Program-made: the position numbers and the translations under genes
The notes under the pieces: model-generated
Database searches by the model: none
Told to the model about the DNA's origin: nothing
What the model saw: the letters and a program-made list of their open reading frames with translations, nothing else
Assembly (NCBI GenBank): GCA_000320545.1
Contig: ADNK01000533.1
Span: 1 to 64,000 of the forward strand
DNA length: 64,000 nucleotides
Direction of reading: 5' to 3'
DNA from: Bigelowiella natans CCMP2755
Lineage: Eukaryota; Protista; Cercozoa
In this document: piece by piece, positions 1 to 14,173 of the stretch
Layout of the letters: every line of letters begins with the position of its first letter
Position numbering within the stretch: the first letter of the stretch is position 1

Positions 1-57
<57 letters not shown>
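1..57. repeat. (GA)n microsatellite
   Basis: Pure AG dinucleotide run at the window start. Confidence 0.95.
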
Positions 58-60
<3 letters not shown>

Positions 61-531
61 ACGCTTGAGCGCAGCTGTCATCGGATGAATTGCATAGGGC
101 TTCAAATGTTTCTTCTTCAGTTTCACCATCATCATCATCACCACCACCACCATCTGTTTGTTCTTCTTCTCCCCCATCACACTGACTACTGTAAGGCGGG
201 CATTGTAGATGAACAACACCCACACAGACAGACCGATTTCCTCCGCACAGCCTTCATATCTGACAGCAATATCCGCCGCCGCAGTCGCCCGTTACATATC
301 TGACCAACAGACCTGAAGTAGTTCTCTGTGAGTAAGCTGCTATGACGTTGCAGTAACGATTCTCAAATAATCACGATCAACGATTATAGTATGGGTTGAT
401 GGATGAAATCTCTCCCTTCTCCTTCGCCGCTGATGCTAATTTCCTTTTCTGTTTCTTCTAAATTCCTTCTTCTCTTTTTTCTTCTTCTCGCTGTACTCTT
501 CCTATCTTCCTCCTCTAGAATGGCAAAAGTA

Positions 532-684
532 CTACTCGGTAGTAACGAAGATGCAGTCTTGCGTAGGCTTCGGTCGGCGGAATTGCTTGTATCACAACAA
601 AACAGTGGTTACATTGTATATTATCACGTACGAACAAACCTCACAAATAAATCAAAACGAGCACGCCAGAGACATAAACACATA

Positions 685-774
<90 letters not shown>

Positions 775-1776
775 GTAATTTAGTATTAAAAAACGAAATA
801 AATCAATAAATTTTTTTAACCTATGAAAAATACATATGCATGAAATATGCGCGTTGCTAGCTTCTATCTCTTGATATTGTCCCTCACTAATCTACGTGTA
901 TTCCCCTCTTCCTTACTCATCTATAGCAGCTAACAGTACCTTGACCAGTGGGAGATCGTAAATATAATGTGCCTGAGTGTGCAGGTAAATTAGCCCCTCC
1001 TTCCTCAGCTCAGGGACGATCTTGGAGAAACGTTAGAAAACCAAAAGAGCAACGTCAACAACAGCAACACAACAATGATAAACATTACAACAACAACAAC
1101 AACAGCAACAACAACAGCAACAACAACAACAACAGTAACAGCAACAGTATTAAACTCCGTCATCGTCTTTCACCACCGCACTGCTGCGGCGCCAGATCAC
1201 ATCGTTGTTATCATCGTCGTCATCACCTTTCCAAAGAGTGTCTTCTCCAAGGCTTCCATGGACGATAGATAGCAGCAGTGCACATTGCGCGGGACAGCCT
1301 GCGTACCCCCATACACATATGGAGCACACCGAAGGATCGATCACCATACAGACGTGTCCTCGCAGGCCAGCAGCAAGTACAAAGACACACATGTGCACAC
1401 CACTAAGCACATACATCACTTTGTTCATACAAACACTTGCGGACAGGCAGACCGACCCCCTGTTCGGCGTGGCGCTTTGCTATCTCTTCCATTACGCTCA
1501 GTTCTGGTACTGGATGACTGGGAAGAGGAAGGGGAGGAGAAGGAGGAGGAGGAAGAGGAGGAGGAGCAGGAAGGCGACAAAGAAGAATGAGAAAAGGATT
1601 ATGCAGAGAGGGGGGAGGACAAAGTATAGACTCGACTACAATAACACAACTCCTTCTCCACCTGCTACCTGAGGCAATCAACGGTTGGGGGAACACCGAG
1701 CTGGTACAACTTGTCCTCAGCACGCACAACTTGCCACAGCGAGAATATCTGATGACAATGATAATGGATATTATTG

Positions 1777-1810
<34 letters not shown>

Positions 1811-3208
1811 AATCACAATAGGAATATATGCGCAGCACACACGATGTTGACGCCAAATCGCCGAGGTGTACGCATTGTCCATACGAAAAGGTGTAGGGTG
1901 GTTGTTGATGCTGATGCCGTGCAAAGTAGATGTTTCCAGCACCTCTGTCATGCGTCCAGAAGGCTGTCGCTGCCCCTCAGAGTCCACCACGATGTCATTT
2001 GGGAAGTATTCCTTGAGGAAAGGGGAGGAGAAGACGTGAAGAATGAGTAATGAGAACGAACGATAATATTTCGATTGACATTAATCGTCTACGCACGTAC
2101 CTCCATGAAGTGGATAAAATCCCCTTTCGGGTGTTCCCTCTTGAACCCGATCATCTTATTTTCTACTCGTTATAATGTACAGAACGACAGGGGTTAATTG
2201 CTTTATTTAGGAAAGTATCGAGACTCGCGAAGGGTTGTGCTATCAGAAACGTGCTTGCGTGCTTAGGAACTGTCTGTGTGATTTCAAACCCTCATATCTT
2301 TTAGTTGTCGTAAGGAGAAAAATACGACGACAAATGATACTACAATCCATCAAGCTTTCCCACTCTTCTACTTGTTAGCCCTCCCCCACAACACTCTCTT
2401 ACGTGAAAAACGGATGGAGATATCGTTTACAGGTACAGTTGGATCAATCTTTACCACATCTTTTACGACTATTGTATCTTTTCTTCCTCTTGACCCCCGC
2501 TCGATTTCTGCTTCCCCCCCACCCCACATCTTTTTCTGTCTTTCCCTTGGTACACCACATACCAAGATCTTTCTGCATGTACGCTGCGATTTGCTTCCGG
2601 AACGAATCTTCAAGCGCATCTGTCCAGCATACACAAAAGAATCTATATTATAATCGAAGATAAATGAGGGCAATCAACAAATTGCGACGGAATAGTTCCT
2701 GCTCTCACATGCCATTATCTTGAATTCAGAACGAGGCAGATGTTTCTCCAGTAACCTCAACCTTCTTCTGTTCTCTCCCATTCCATTTTTTAAAGTTGGA
2801 GGCGAAAGATCATGCTTTCAATGTGCTGAGCGCAATTTTCTTCTTTTAAGTGTGACCAACACCTCGGACATGGCCGTGTCGGCTTCCCGTCGATTCCGGA
2901 GGTTCTTCAAAGTTTCCTTTCAATGTGGGACGAGGGGGACTTGGCCGCGCTTTCTCTTCAGGTTTAGACTTCACTTCTGACAGCGATGTGGTAGCGATTT
3001 TGCTGCTCAGGTTAGAAACTTCCTGCTCCCGGTCCTGCTCCCTCTTTTTCTCCTCATCCTGCTGCTGCTCCTGCTCTTTCTTCTCCCCCCCATTGTGTCT
3101 TTGCGGAATTTGGCCTGTGGAATCTGATACCTTCTTGACGTTCACATCACTTCCATTATTTCCTTCGAGACAATTAAGCTGCCCAGCTTTGTCCGAACTT
3201 GAATCCAT
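532..3208 (-). CDS. Multi-exon hypothetical protein with a weak Rab3GAP1-like motif
   Basis: GT-AG-bounded exons join into continuous protein: MDSSSDK... / YALEDSFRKQIAAYMQKDL|VVKDVVKIDPTVP / MIGFKREHPKGDFIHFME|EYFPNDIVVDSEGQRQPSGRMTE / IFSLWQVVRAEDKL / IVPELRKEGLIYLHTQAHY / QFRRPKPTQDCIFVTTE*. Confidence 0.6.
686..772. repeat. Compound microsatellite (CT)n-(TG)n-(GA)n
   Basis: Visible directly; the CT and GA arms are mutually complementary. Confidence 0.95.
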
Positions 3209-3641
3209 CGCTTTCCTTCCTTCTTTTCTCTTCGGGAACTCTCACCCTCTTTTTGAAGGGATACCACGTACTGCTCCCGATTCACAAAGTACCAATTCAG
3301 GCGAAAGAGAAGCCAAGGAATGAGTCCTTCTTCAACCCTCAGGCACAAATAAAAAGTGAACCCTCCTGGGAACGCTCCTGAAACTCGATTCGGAGGGGGG
3401 CCGAGTCAAGCGACGAGGAGAGATGTGAGCAACTGAGAAGATGAAGGCATTTTCACCAGAAGACAAGATTCTTAGCATGTCGCATCGTGAAAAGGGATCC
3501 AGCCCGATACCCTGGCAGCTGCGAATGGAAGGAACGTCTCACGCCGAATCGCGAAAAGGTGTTTTTTGTGTGCGACTTCGATCTAAGGCTTGTCGCACCA
3601 ATAATGAAGAAACCAAACGAGTCCCGAACGTGAGGAGTGAA

Positions 3642-5116
3642 ATGTTAGAGGGGGGTTACGTGTATGGGGCCTCCTACGGGGAGCTCATGCTTAAAGCCCT
3701 TGCCACCACTGCAACTATGCAGATAACTATGACTACGGTAAGGAGATATGTTAATTCTGACTAGGGAAACGAGGGCGGAGAGCGTTGCCCCACGGCCCTT
3801 CGAACGAAATACATTTACATGAGATGCCGGAATAAGCTTTGTCTGTGGCAGAAAGGATGCCTTGATTATAAGAATGTTAGGATTTTGTGCATATATATTT
3901 GTTAATAAATTTCTTTAATAAAAGGTCTGCAGTATAGTTAGCCAGGTGAAGCTTGGAGTTGGGGGAAAGAGGCTGGAGTGGTGGGTTCACCAGGTGAGAT
4001 GTGAGTACGCGTCAACGTAATTCCCCCCGCCCTGCCCCGCCCTGCCCCGCCCTGCCCCCCTCCCCCCCTCCCCCCCACCACACACACACGGTACAGACCT
4101 TACTCAAGAGTCTTCTTTTTTCCGTGACAGTTCCTCTGCCTGACTCATCATGCTGTGGTCGGAGTATGGGCTCTTTATGCACTCATTTATGACCCAGTAA
4201 GAACTCCTTGAATACGTAACGTGGTAGAATTTAAAACATATTCATTTTTCATCAACTTTAAAGGTCTGTTGGGCAGTTGTACGAGGAGTTTGTAATAAGA
4301 CTGTCGAAGGGGCGCATAGGCTAAATTACGAGACCTCGAGATATTACATGGCCATTCTTCTTCCGTTGACTATTGGCTACATGTTCTTCGACATGGTTGA
4401 TATCGGCAATAGCCTCCTCATGGGTTTTCTAACATTTCTATTAATACCTATCAGATACAACTATATAGAACGAAAGAGCTCAATATGCTCATAACTGTAC
4501 ACCACGGGGTGTCCATAATCTTGTGGCCATTGCTCGTCCACTTCGATGTCGCACACATGTGGATTCTGTAAGAAGATATTCATGCTACAAAGAAGAAAAA
4601 TGTCAGCAACCTCGTCTTACTGCTGACAAATTATGCAGATACTTCTTATCGACTGAGCTTACAGGACCATTCAATGTCATACGAAAGGTTGTTCCTCCCA
4701 GTTTTCACCTTAGTTCAATTGAAAATCACTGTTGCTAACAGATGCTTTCGGAGGCAAAGTACAAAGAATCGAAATTGTATATTGTAAATGGCCTAATATT
4801 TACCACACTTTTCGTACTTTGGCGAATTGTTCCGATACCTACGTTGGTGTCTGTCGGATGGCTGGCGAATCCATTCGAGTACGGTCCCCATTTATGCTGT
4901 CGGTCATCTCCTTTTAATTATATTTTTGTCTCAGTTCATCCACCGTCCCGACTTCTCTCACTCCCAATATTGTGATCTTGCTGAAAGTGGCGTACCTGTT
5001 CAGTTATCTTCCTTTGGCCTTCAACATGTATTGGGGGTTCTACGTTGTAAACGGAGCTTGCAAAGCTTTGTTGTGTTCCCAAAAAAAAAGGAATAAAACT
5101 TGCTAGGAACATCTGA
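3642..5116 (+). CDS. TLC (TRAM/LAG1/CLN8) domain membrane protein, TMEM56/TLCD4-like, multi-exon
   Basis: Exon peptides LTIGYMFFDMVDI, ITVHHGVSIILW, YFLSTELTGPFNVIR, LYIVNGLIFTTLFVLWRIVP and LAFNMYWGFY match the TLC signatures (GYxxxD, HH, ExSTPF, F..R, N..W). Confidence 0.85.
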
Positions 5117-5283
5117 TGGAGTTGGGAACAGTACACTGGCTGATGTACAAGTTTAGCGCATAGTTTTATTTAGCGACGATAATGTAATTTAAAAAGATCT
5201 AGGAGCATTGTTACTAGAATATTCTTCACAGACATACATCTAATAGAAATATATTCCGATATAATTATGTACCATGTATTAAT

Positions 5284-5333
5284 TATGAGACGAATATAAT
5301 GAAAAAATTAAAAATTTCAATGGTCACTATGTA
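5284..5333 (-). mobile_element. Degenerate 3' end of LINE-like family (copy A)
   Basis: Reverse complement ...gaccattgaaatttttaattttttcattatattcgtctcata aligns to the 3' end of the 13288-13947 element. Confidence 0.6.
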
Positions 5334-5924
5334 TTAATTATACATATATTTAAATATATACAAATGAAAAAATGTATCAGATACCGTTAGTCTTTATATG
5401 GGTGAAGCTAGTTTAATATTGCATAGTAAATATATATATATATGTATATATGTGTATAAAATACATCATGCTAGCATTATTTGGTGGTGGTGCATTGCTG
5501 CATGCATCTCAAGGAGCGGCGATATATACGATCTAGATAAACGATTCTACTTCAATAAAGGCAGAGCTAGCAGAGGCCATGGCTTCATATGATACCTGCA
5601 CAGCTATAAATGTATGCAAATAGGTAGCATTCCGCTGCCCAATTATGCTGGCCGCGCGTGTTAGGCGCTTATGCATTTAGCAATATGCGTTACGCACCAC
5701 CTGAACAGTACAGCGAATGCGTATGATGATCTTGTCGCAAAAATATAAACGATGCGAATTGTAATACATAGCATGTACATATATTAGAAACGTTTAATGC
5801 ATTGATAATAATTATGAGCTGATAATCGATCGTGATAGCACGATAGGCACACAACGTAGCATCGGAACGCAACTGTGCAAATGCCTCATCTCCTTTGAGG
5901 GAGTGACAATTCTTTGAGCTTGAT

Positions 5925-7074
5925 TCATTCCTTATCCAGAGGTACGACAGAGTTGTAATGCTGTAAAATTACCACAGGTATATTTCTCAGATTTATAGGT
6001 GTCTAAACATAAATAAAATTGTACCGCTCCGAGTGAGTAATAGTGTTGATGGAAGGATATTTGAAGCGGTGCGAGATCCGAAGGGACGCCCATTTTTATT
6101 GCTGTAAATTCACACATAACTCTTTATAACTATCGATAGCAAAAATGTAATAAATTTACCATCAGCATATGCTGAGTGTACGATTATTTGGCGCCCGAGC
6201 AGTCGAGAGAGAGCTGCTATCTCAGCCTGACCCCCCCAAGCAGATGTCGATCCCATTTTCTCGCAATACTTTTGGTACTCCTTTATCACCATATTTAATC
6301 ATATACTTTTGCTTATTCGGAACGAAGAAATAAAATCACCTCTTTGGACATGAGAGCGCCGTCCTCTTTTAATAAGTAAGGCATATAATCTTGCGCGTTA
6401 TTAGCAAGTAGTTCTGCTGTCCGTTTCCGTAATTCGGAATGGGAAGGTATTTCCCCCTTTTCGTCTTCTTTCACCGGAGCAATTTGCAGCTGATGTTCAC
6501 ACGCGCGGAAGAGACAGCTTCCATCAGCTTCAACATCCGAAAACGTAAGGCCACTAGGCTTCAACCGTTGACCCAATCGTTCGTTCTCTCTGGCCTGAAG
6601 CACAAAATGAGATTAGTTTGGTTCCTTCCCAAAGAGGGTATTTAAGAATGAAACCATCAAAACCTTGTAATCAGTCATATTAGCTGCCTCCTCCTGGTAC
6701 TTCTTTCTTTGCTCTTCCTCTCTCGCCTGCTTTCTCAGCCTCCGACGCTGCGCTTTTGAAAGTCTTTTTTCAGCTGGTTTTGCTGCTACTTGAATGTCCC
6801 CAACTCCTTGCGCTAAATCTTTAACATCCTCGCTGTCTCCCTGTGCCTCGGTAGATTGCTTTTCAGATTGTGCAACCTCGCTACTCGAATTATGGGATTT
6901 GAGCTCTTTTGCGTGGCGTTCTTTCATTTCCTTCTCCGCATCCTTCTGCTGTTGCTTGAGCTCCCGCTTTTTGTCCTTACCCTTAGCAGCCTTGATCCTG
7001 GCCCGAAAATCCTTCTCGAGATTCCGGGCCTCAAGCTTATGCCGGGTCTTCATCTGCCCAGCCGTCTCAGTCAT
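5925..7074 (-). CDS. OTUD6B: OTU-domain deubiquitinase, OTUD6B/OTU2-like, multi-exon
   Basis: N-terminal RHKxE coiled coil; catalytic DGSCLFRA; WGGQAEIAALS; HYYSLGA|HYNSVVP*. Confidence 0.92.
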
Positions 7075-8084
7075 GATGCTGTGTGGGTTCCCGAGTGTTC
7101 GAGTAGGTCTGGAACGGACGGGGCAGGGATGCAGTCTGGAATTCGAAATATGAACTTCTTCTCTCTTTCATCCTCCTTCTTCTTCTTCTTCGTTCAGTCG
7201 TCATCTTTTGTGCTCAAGATAGGGAATTTTCTGCATTTTCTACACTTTAAAACTTTTAAGAATTTTGACTAAAAGGAATACAGTGTATAGTCGCAGGAAC
7301 GCAGTGAACCTGTGGTCATTTGCTTCGGGAACGTGACAGCCGGTGTGGATTACTGAGAATCCTGCCTCCCTTTTCTCCAAAGTTCAGTCATTGCCGGTTG
7401 CCAGAAATTCACGGTCAGCCTTAGCTTACAGTTTCGATTCCTTATACTTTCTTGTACTTTGAGAAAGCGTAAATAGTCTGCGATTATTTTTGCGACATGC
7501 CGTTTTGACGACAAAAGTCAATAAATAAACCTTTTGCTTTTTTCCTTAGGATCACACTTTGGTCTGACAAAGGCGCGATTGCGATAGCACACGAGGAGAC
7601 AGAAAGTGAGGCTGTGGTCGCCTGGAGAAAACATCATCTTTCTCAGCGCCCTCTAGCGACTGCTGGAAGTGGAAACTTCGCGAAGGTAGTCAAAGTTTGT
7701 CCCTTCGAAATCAGCAATCTGTTTCAAGCTGTATCATTAAATGTTAGGCCGAAAGGGGGACGAGTAAGAGTGGACGCAAGCCAAGGGAGGGCTGAAGAAT
7801 TGGTGAAGCGAGCTGGAATTCTGTGCTCAACTGAGTTTCAACCGAAAGCTACACAGGAGAGGGAAATCAAAGTAATCTCTGAGGGCCATCGATAGACGTT
7901 GTTGAGAATAAATTCATCAAAGAAAGAGTAAAGGTAGCAAACGATTTTCAAGAGTTCATTGAAAACATTTTTTCATCCTTCCCTTCTAGCATAAAATATA
8001 CTTTCAGAAGTAATAAACTCAAGGAAAATTGGTCTTATGGCCTTTATGATTTTTTCCGACCACTGAAAAAAATCCTGTTTTCAG

Positions 8085-11000
8085 ATGGAAGTGGCAAGAG
8101 CTACTGATGTTACACTCGTCGATGAAAAGAAGGATGTCTCTCGTTTCGACGATTTCAACGGCGAGTCCTTTTCTGAATCAGATACGAATGACAAGTCATT
8201 CATGGACTTTAAGAATGACTGTGAAGTAGATGAGGAGATTAACAGTAGAGGAGAAACTGAAATTAAGACGGCATGTGACGAAGAAATCGCCGGCGAGACT
8301 GATGAATCAAGTGTTGCATCGACCGATAGCAACTCAGAAACGGAACAAATCCGTTGTAGAATCTGTCACTCATCTTCCGGAGTTTTGTATCGGCCATGTG
8401 CGTGTAGCGGTTCAATAGCTCATGTTCACCAGGAGTGCTTGTTGCAGTGGCTGTCAATGAAAAACATTCGAGAATGTGAGGTGTGTCATACAACTTATGT
8501 TTTCACTCCGATTTACTCTACCGATGCACCGCGTGGAGCTAGTATTTTAGATGTTGCTCATTGGCTGGTGGAAAAGGCAATGTCCCTTTACCCAAAGCTA
8601 CTAAGATGCAGTCTAGTTCTTGTATCGTGGTTGTTACTGGTACCCCTAATTACGGCGTTCATCTGGAGATTATGCTTTGTCGCATCTATTATGGATCTTG
8701 TAAAAATTGCTGATGTTAGTCCTGAGCAAATCTGGCGGGGTCTACAAACGGGTGCTATAATATGTTTCGTTGTTTTAATGGTGACCGTAGTCGTGGCAAC
8801 ATTCCGAGAGCTGATGCGCGAGGAGCATCATATGGCTGGTGGACAAATCGGTGGACAGGGAGAAGGTTTATTTATGGGTGAAGATGAGCTGCTTGAAGGT
8901 GATGAGCCGGCCCTTGACGATGTCGTCGAGGACGTGCCATTTTCGACTTGGATCGGATTTACAGGGCCAATCAAGTTTTTCTTTGTCCATATCACCTCGG
9001 TGGTATTATACAATGCAGTATTCTTGGCTGTTGCCATATTTATCCCCCTTCAAGCTGGCAGGTTGTTCCTCTCCATTGCTCATGTTGATACGGATGCATT
9101 TGCTCGCTGGATATTTGAGCGATTCGGGGACGCACTGCAAGCAGGGATCATCGGAGAGGCTTACACGCCGACGCCGGAACGATACGCAGCAATGTACGAT
9201 ATGATGCCCGTGAAAGATGCGTCGCTGTTAGGTTGCGGATACCTATTTTTAATGGTATTGGCGACAGTCTGGGGGCCCCTCTCTGCATTTTTTAGATTGG
9301 ACGACCTCCCTTTTGTTGGATTCCTGTGTGGATTGCTTCGGTACGTAATGACTGGTTTTAAATTTGGAGCGTTGGTTGGGTTTGAGCTTGGCGTTTTCCC
9401 TGTATACCTGGGTTGTTGTTTGGATATTCTTGTCCTTGACCTAGTCGATTCCACCTTTGAGGAACGGAAGAAATTCTTCCACGATGCGCCGTTGACATCA
9501 GTAGCGATGCATTGGTTTCTGGGTATTAACTTCATCTTATACGTCTCTTTCATTGCGTCGCTTTTGAGGCGTACGATCAAGCGAAGGATTTTGTCAAGGT
9601 TTCTCCGGTATCCCGACGATCCTGACTTTCAACCGTTTCACGACTTCATTTATGTGCCTCTACATAAACACTGCAAGCGACTCTGTGTTTCGGGACTCTT
9701 ATACACATTGTTGGTCATTCTCTTCATACACGTTCCTGCAAAAGTTTTCACCCGGCTTTTCCCATCTGTGGCACCATTGAGGTGGCGATTTGCTGAGAGA
9801 AGTGAAGTTCCAGTTGATCTGCTTCTTTTTCATTTTGCTGTTCCAGCTATCATGGGTCATGTGGACCTTCGGGGCGTTTGCTTGGGCGGAGTGAAAGAGT
9901 GGTTCATTTTTATAAGTAGTACTCTTGGAATCGACACTTATCTGCTTAGGGAAGATGTTTTCAGGGAAGCCGAAGAAATTGAGGACGACGATAATGATTG
10001 GGATGGGGAGGAGAATGATGGAGCTATTGAAAATGAAGAGGACGGCAAAAACAATACTGATGATAACCAAGAACTCAACGATGAAGAAGATACTGATGGT
10101 GTTAACGATGAGCCTCGGGATCACAAAAAGGACTCATCTAAAGATGTCTTTGGACAGTTGCATAAAGACAATAGTGAAGGATGCACAGCAATACCCAAAA
10201 TAATAGACTCCAGTACACAAAGTGCTGCTCACTCGCGGTCCGATTTTATAGATTCGGGAAAGTATTCGGACCGAAAACACTCATCAAATGAACAAAGGCA
10301 TACACCTGTCTACGCAAATGACCCATCCGAAAGCACAACCAGCGCCTGCACCAGCAGCAGCACTGATGATAGCACCAATAGCACCATCACGACCACAGCC
10401 CCCACCACCATCGCTGCGATTCTCCTCGACAAAAAGGAATGTTCGCCTGTACAGACCACAACTCCCACTGGTGACCCTGAAAGAAATAGCTTCCAGGGAG
10501 AACCGCTAACCCTCGATCCCAGCCCCTCCGACACAACACAGGAGGTACATGGAGACGACGATCTTCCGGGATCCCCGCTCCAATTGGGTGATTTTGGGTC
10601 AACAACACAGGAAGAGCGTGAGCCTCCATCTCCATCAGAGGGAAAAGAAAGAGGTGACGTACTTCCCAAGACCTCCGATTCGAAGTTGGCGGCTGCGTTG
10701 AGCAAGGCTACGAACCTAGTGGCAAGTACACCGCCTCTGGAGCCCATAGCATACCCTCTAGATGACGCATTAGACAGCGCAGGAGAGGTTGGGAATGTGG
10801 CTGATGATGAGATACCTGAGCCAAAAAATGCCGCATTAGAAGAAGAAGAAGAGGAAGAGGAAGAAGAAGAAGAAGAAGAAAAGAAGAATAATACTGCTGA
10901 GGATACTCACGTGCAGCCCCCAGACCCTGAGGCTGCCTTAGCTGCAGCCATTCCAAGATTTACCTTGAGAGTCTTTCTGCTAATTCTTTCTTCGTGGGGG

Positions 11001-12567
11001 ATGCACACGCTAGTCCTTTGTGCTTGCGTCCTCGTGCCTGTGGTAGGAAGCTAACAAACTAGTTTGAACCTCATTTGTCAATCGTGATAGTAGGAAGTTA
11101 ATACGAAGCGAGCCGATTCCAAAACCTCGAGATTCTTGTTTATTTTACCTCAAACAGAGCATTTTATCATTGTTTTCTCAACACATCATTTTCCCTTGGT
11201 ATTTGGCTGCGTTTGAAAAGTATGTAATCCTTTCTAGGTTGTGGGAAGACTCTTGCTCCAGATGGTCAATACGGCATTAGGTGAGACATTTGACATTATT
11301 AAGTGTTTTATCGTTATATGCGGGTTCTAATGATTATCTCTTATTGCCATCATCAGCTCGCCACGACCTCTACACTGTAGTGGTAGGGTTGTATGCGTAC
11401 TTGGGTGCCATGGTTATTGGAGGGCGGCTGATCTCGTACCTGCGGCTGCATAATGTTTGGGAAGGGCTTTCTCTTGTCCTCAAATGGCTGTTCGTGGTAT
11501 GACAATGCGATTCAACGTTTTTATCGATTTTCCCGCCCCGCCCCCCCCCAAGAAAGACCCATTTGTCTGTCATAATTGCATCATCAACAACTACAATTGC
11601 TGCCTCTTAATTATACAGGCTTTGCGCTATATGGTTCTCGGGGTCTTTGTCCTAGGAGTGATACCGCTTCTCATCGGCGTATTGTTTGACCTGACGCTCA
11701 TGACACCTATGCGAACGCCTGCTGACGAATCCCCAAGAATCTTTCCTGAGAGGGTCAGTACGTACCACAAAATTCTTAAAACGTGCTTGTTTGACTTTTC
11801 CTCTCCTCTCCTCAGGACTGGGTAATGGGGGTGATATTCCTGAAAGTGTGGTTCCAGTTGTTAATTTCCGGGGTGCTGGGTGACAACGAAATTAAGGCGG
11901 TTGTCCAACAGGTGGTAACAAACACTCCCTACCAACGAACGAATAAAACTCTAGCTTTGTTGTTTCTCACTGGCCTCTTTGCCTTTAGATTCTGAACGAT
12001 GGGTTGGAGAACATCAATCTGTACGATACGATGAGACGCGCCGTTCTTCCTTGTGTACATAAACTCCTGTTATATCTGTGCTTACCCGTAATGCTGAGCA
12101 GCGGCTGCGTACCTATGTTCCTACGAGCAGCGCGTGCTTTTGTTTTGCTGTCCAAAGATGGCATTATGCTTTCCATGAGCCGAATGGTTGTGGGGATTGT
12201 TAAGAGTTTGCAGCCGGAACTTGATCTAGCAAACACCACGGATGCTGTGTTCGAAGTAGAGACCATGTGTGCGAGAAACTACTGCTTCAGATTAGCTTTC
12301 CTTGCCATGGTGGTGTTTGAGCTGTGTTCAATAATGGGAAGTCTTTTCGAGGGATGGTATAATTCCGTAAAGCAGTCGATGTTCGAGGAAAGATACCTGA
12401 TTGGGAAGCGTCTTCATAATTTTGGCGAGACTGTAAAGCCAGAGAGCAAAGTGTCTGTCGAGACTAAAGAAAGCAAGCTTGCTGTTGATAGCAAGGATGA
12501 TGATGGCAAAACAGGGGAGCAACACCAAGGTTCAACCGAAGTTAAGAGCCAAAATATAACAATGTGA
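8085..12567 (+). CDS. MARCHF6: RING-CH E3 ubiquitin ligase, MARCH6/Doa10/SUD1-like
   Basis: RING-CH CRICH...PCACSGSIAHVHQECLLQWL...CEVC; TD-domain ELGVFPVYLGCCLD and HWFLG; C-terminal EERYLIGKRLHNF; ~3 kb first exon followed by several short exons. Confidence 0.93.
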
Positions 12568-12932
12568 AATCCGCATTTCTTTAAATCAATAGGCACCGAA
12601 TAGAAAATTCAACAAAAATTATTAGATTTAAAAAAGTAAAAAATTAATCTAGTCTAATATCGGCGTTAGTTAGTCATCTGCCGAAGCAAAAAATTAGAGA
12701 TAAAAGAAACAAACAAAATAAATTTGCTTATGTTGTATCTGAATTCCAGAAAATAACATTGATACATCTTAAAGTTCACATTGTTTCGTTCGTGTCATGG
12801 CCACACATCTAGATATTGCGCGTGCGCCGCCATGTGCTTTTACGATATCTGTTCAGCTATGCTGCATCTACATCGATATCTCTGAAACTACAAATCGTAT
12901 CATATCTGTCAATCGAGCTCCTCTAGCTCCTC

Positions 12933-12983
<51 letters not shown>

Positions 12984-13287
12984 CTAGCTCTCTCTCTGTG
13001 TGTCTGTACGTTTTTCTGGGACCGCACGATCTTGCGATGCAAGCAGCGTAGCAAAGATGTCAACCCCCGATGGCATGTGGCGTAGATGTTTGGCCGATGT
13101 TATGCTGCGCCTGACACGATGTACATGCATGCCATGATGCTACAATAATAATTGCGGCCCTAGTTATAACAGAAGTCAATTCAAATGTATGTTATATCTA
13201 GCTAGCTAGGTATGACATTTAAACCAAATTTATCTAGGCTCGTCATAGCATCTGTGTGTAGCTAGATATAGCTGCCAAATCCATGCG

Positions 13288-13947
13288 TTGTTCAGCGGAG
13301 TTTGCTATATAGTTAAGCAACGTTGCTATGCTAAGGTTGGTTTTACATGTTATAATAACATATATTTGAAAAGGAAACTGAAAGCACACAACAAAACAAT
13401 CATGCGGAACGCCGAATTGAACTTCAAAACTAATGCGAAGAAAGAGGGAACCAAGGCCATGCATTTGAAAAAACTTGATTTCATGCCTGGCTCTCGGACA
13501 ACAGGAATCACATTGAAGCTGCCAAGAATTGCCACATCATGGATGCGCGCCATCTGTGGTGTTGGCAATCTTGGTGCATTCATGCTGTCCAGAGGACAAC
13601 GCACAAAACTGGAAGCAACATGCGATGTGTGCAACACATTGCAAGACATGGACCACATTCTGCAATGCAGGAAATACGGACCACACCGACTCAGAATCAA
13701 CAAACAACTGACAGCGATCATGGATCGCAATGACGAGACCACGCGTCTCACAACCGCAGAGAAAACAAGTCGAGAAGCTGCGCGCAAAGCGCGCCATGCT
13801 AGACCAAAACAGGATGCATTTTCATGCATGCGCCATGTGACCAAGGAAACAAATAGATACAATTTAAGCGCTGTAGCCGCTGCATTGCACAGCTACATTA
13901 GGATGACCATTGAAACAATTTAAACATTTCATTACATCCGTCTCATA
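13288..13947 (+). mobile_element. 5'-truncated non-LTR retrotransposon (LINE-like) 3' fragment with CCHC zinc knuckle (copy B)
   Basis: Intronless 211-aa ORF with CDVCNTLQDMDHILQC (Cx2Cx7Hx3C), typical of LINE ORF2 C-termini; its 3' end recurs five more times in the window. Confidence 0.7.
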
Positions 13948-14173
13948 TTTGATTAGCCTAGCTATGCGAGTTACACGACATCCAATTTTGCTTCATAAAG
14001 TCAGGGGTGATGCTAGTGACGTGAAGTCGGGCACCCGTGTAGACATAAATAATAATAAACAGCTACATTAGAGCTTCGATCCAATCTATAAAGAAGCCAT
14101 CAGACAGAACCATTTTATCTAGCCTCGAGACTGAAATTGCCGCATGCACCAGTCAAAACCCTGTACCCATTGA

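Noticed and set aside
85-2050. Many short ORFs with poly-H, poly-M, poly-I or CV repeats
   Set aside because: They are translations of intronic microsatellites or antisense frames of real exons
2846-2848. In-frame stops after ORFs as evidence of an alternative genetic code
   Set aside because: The stops I checked can be removed by plausible introns, and recognisable genes end in TAA or TGA normally
5925-12567. DUB plus E3 ligase head-to-head as a functional cluster
   Set aside because: All genes here are paired head-to-head, so the adjacency carries no specific information
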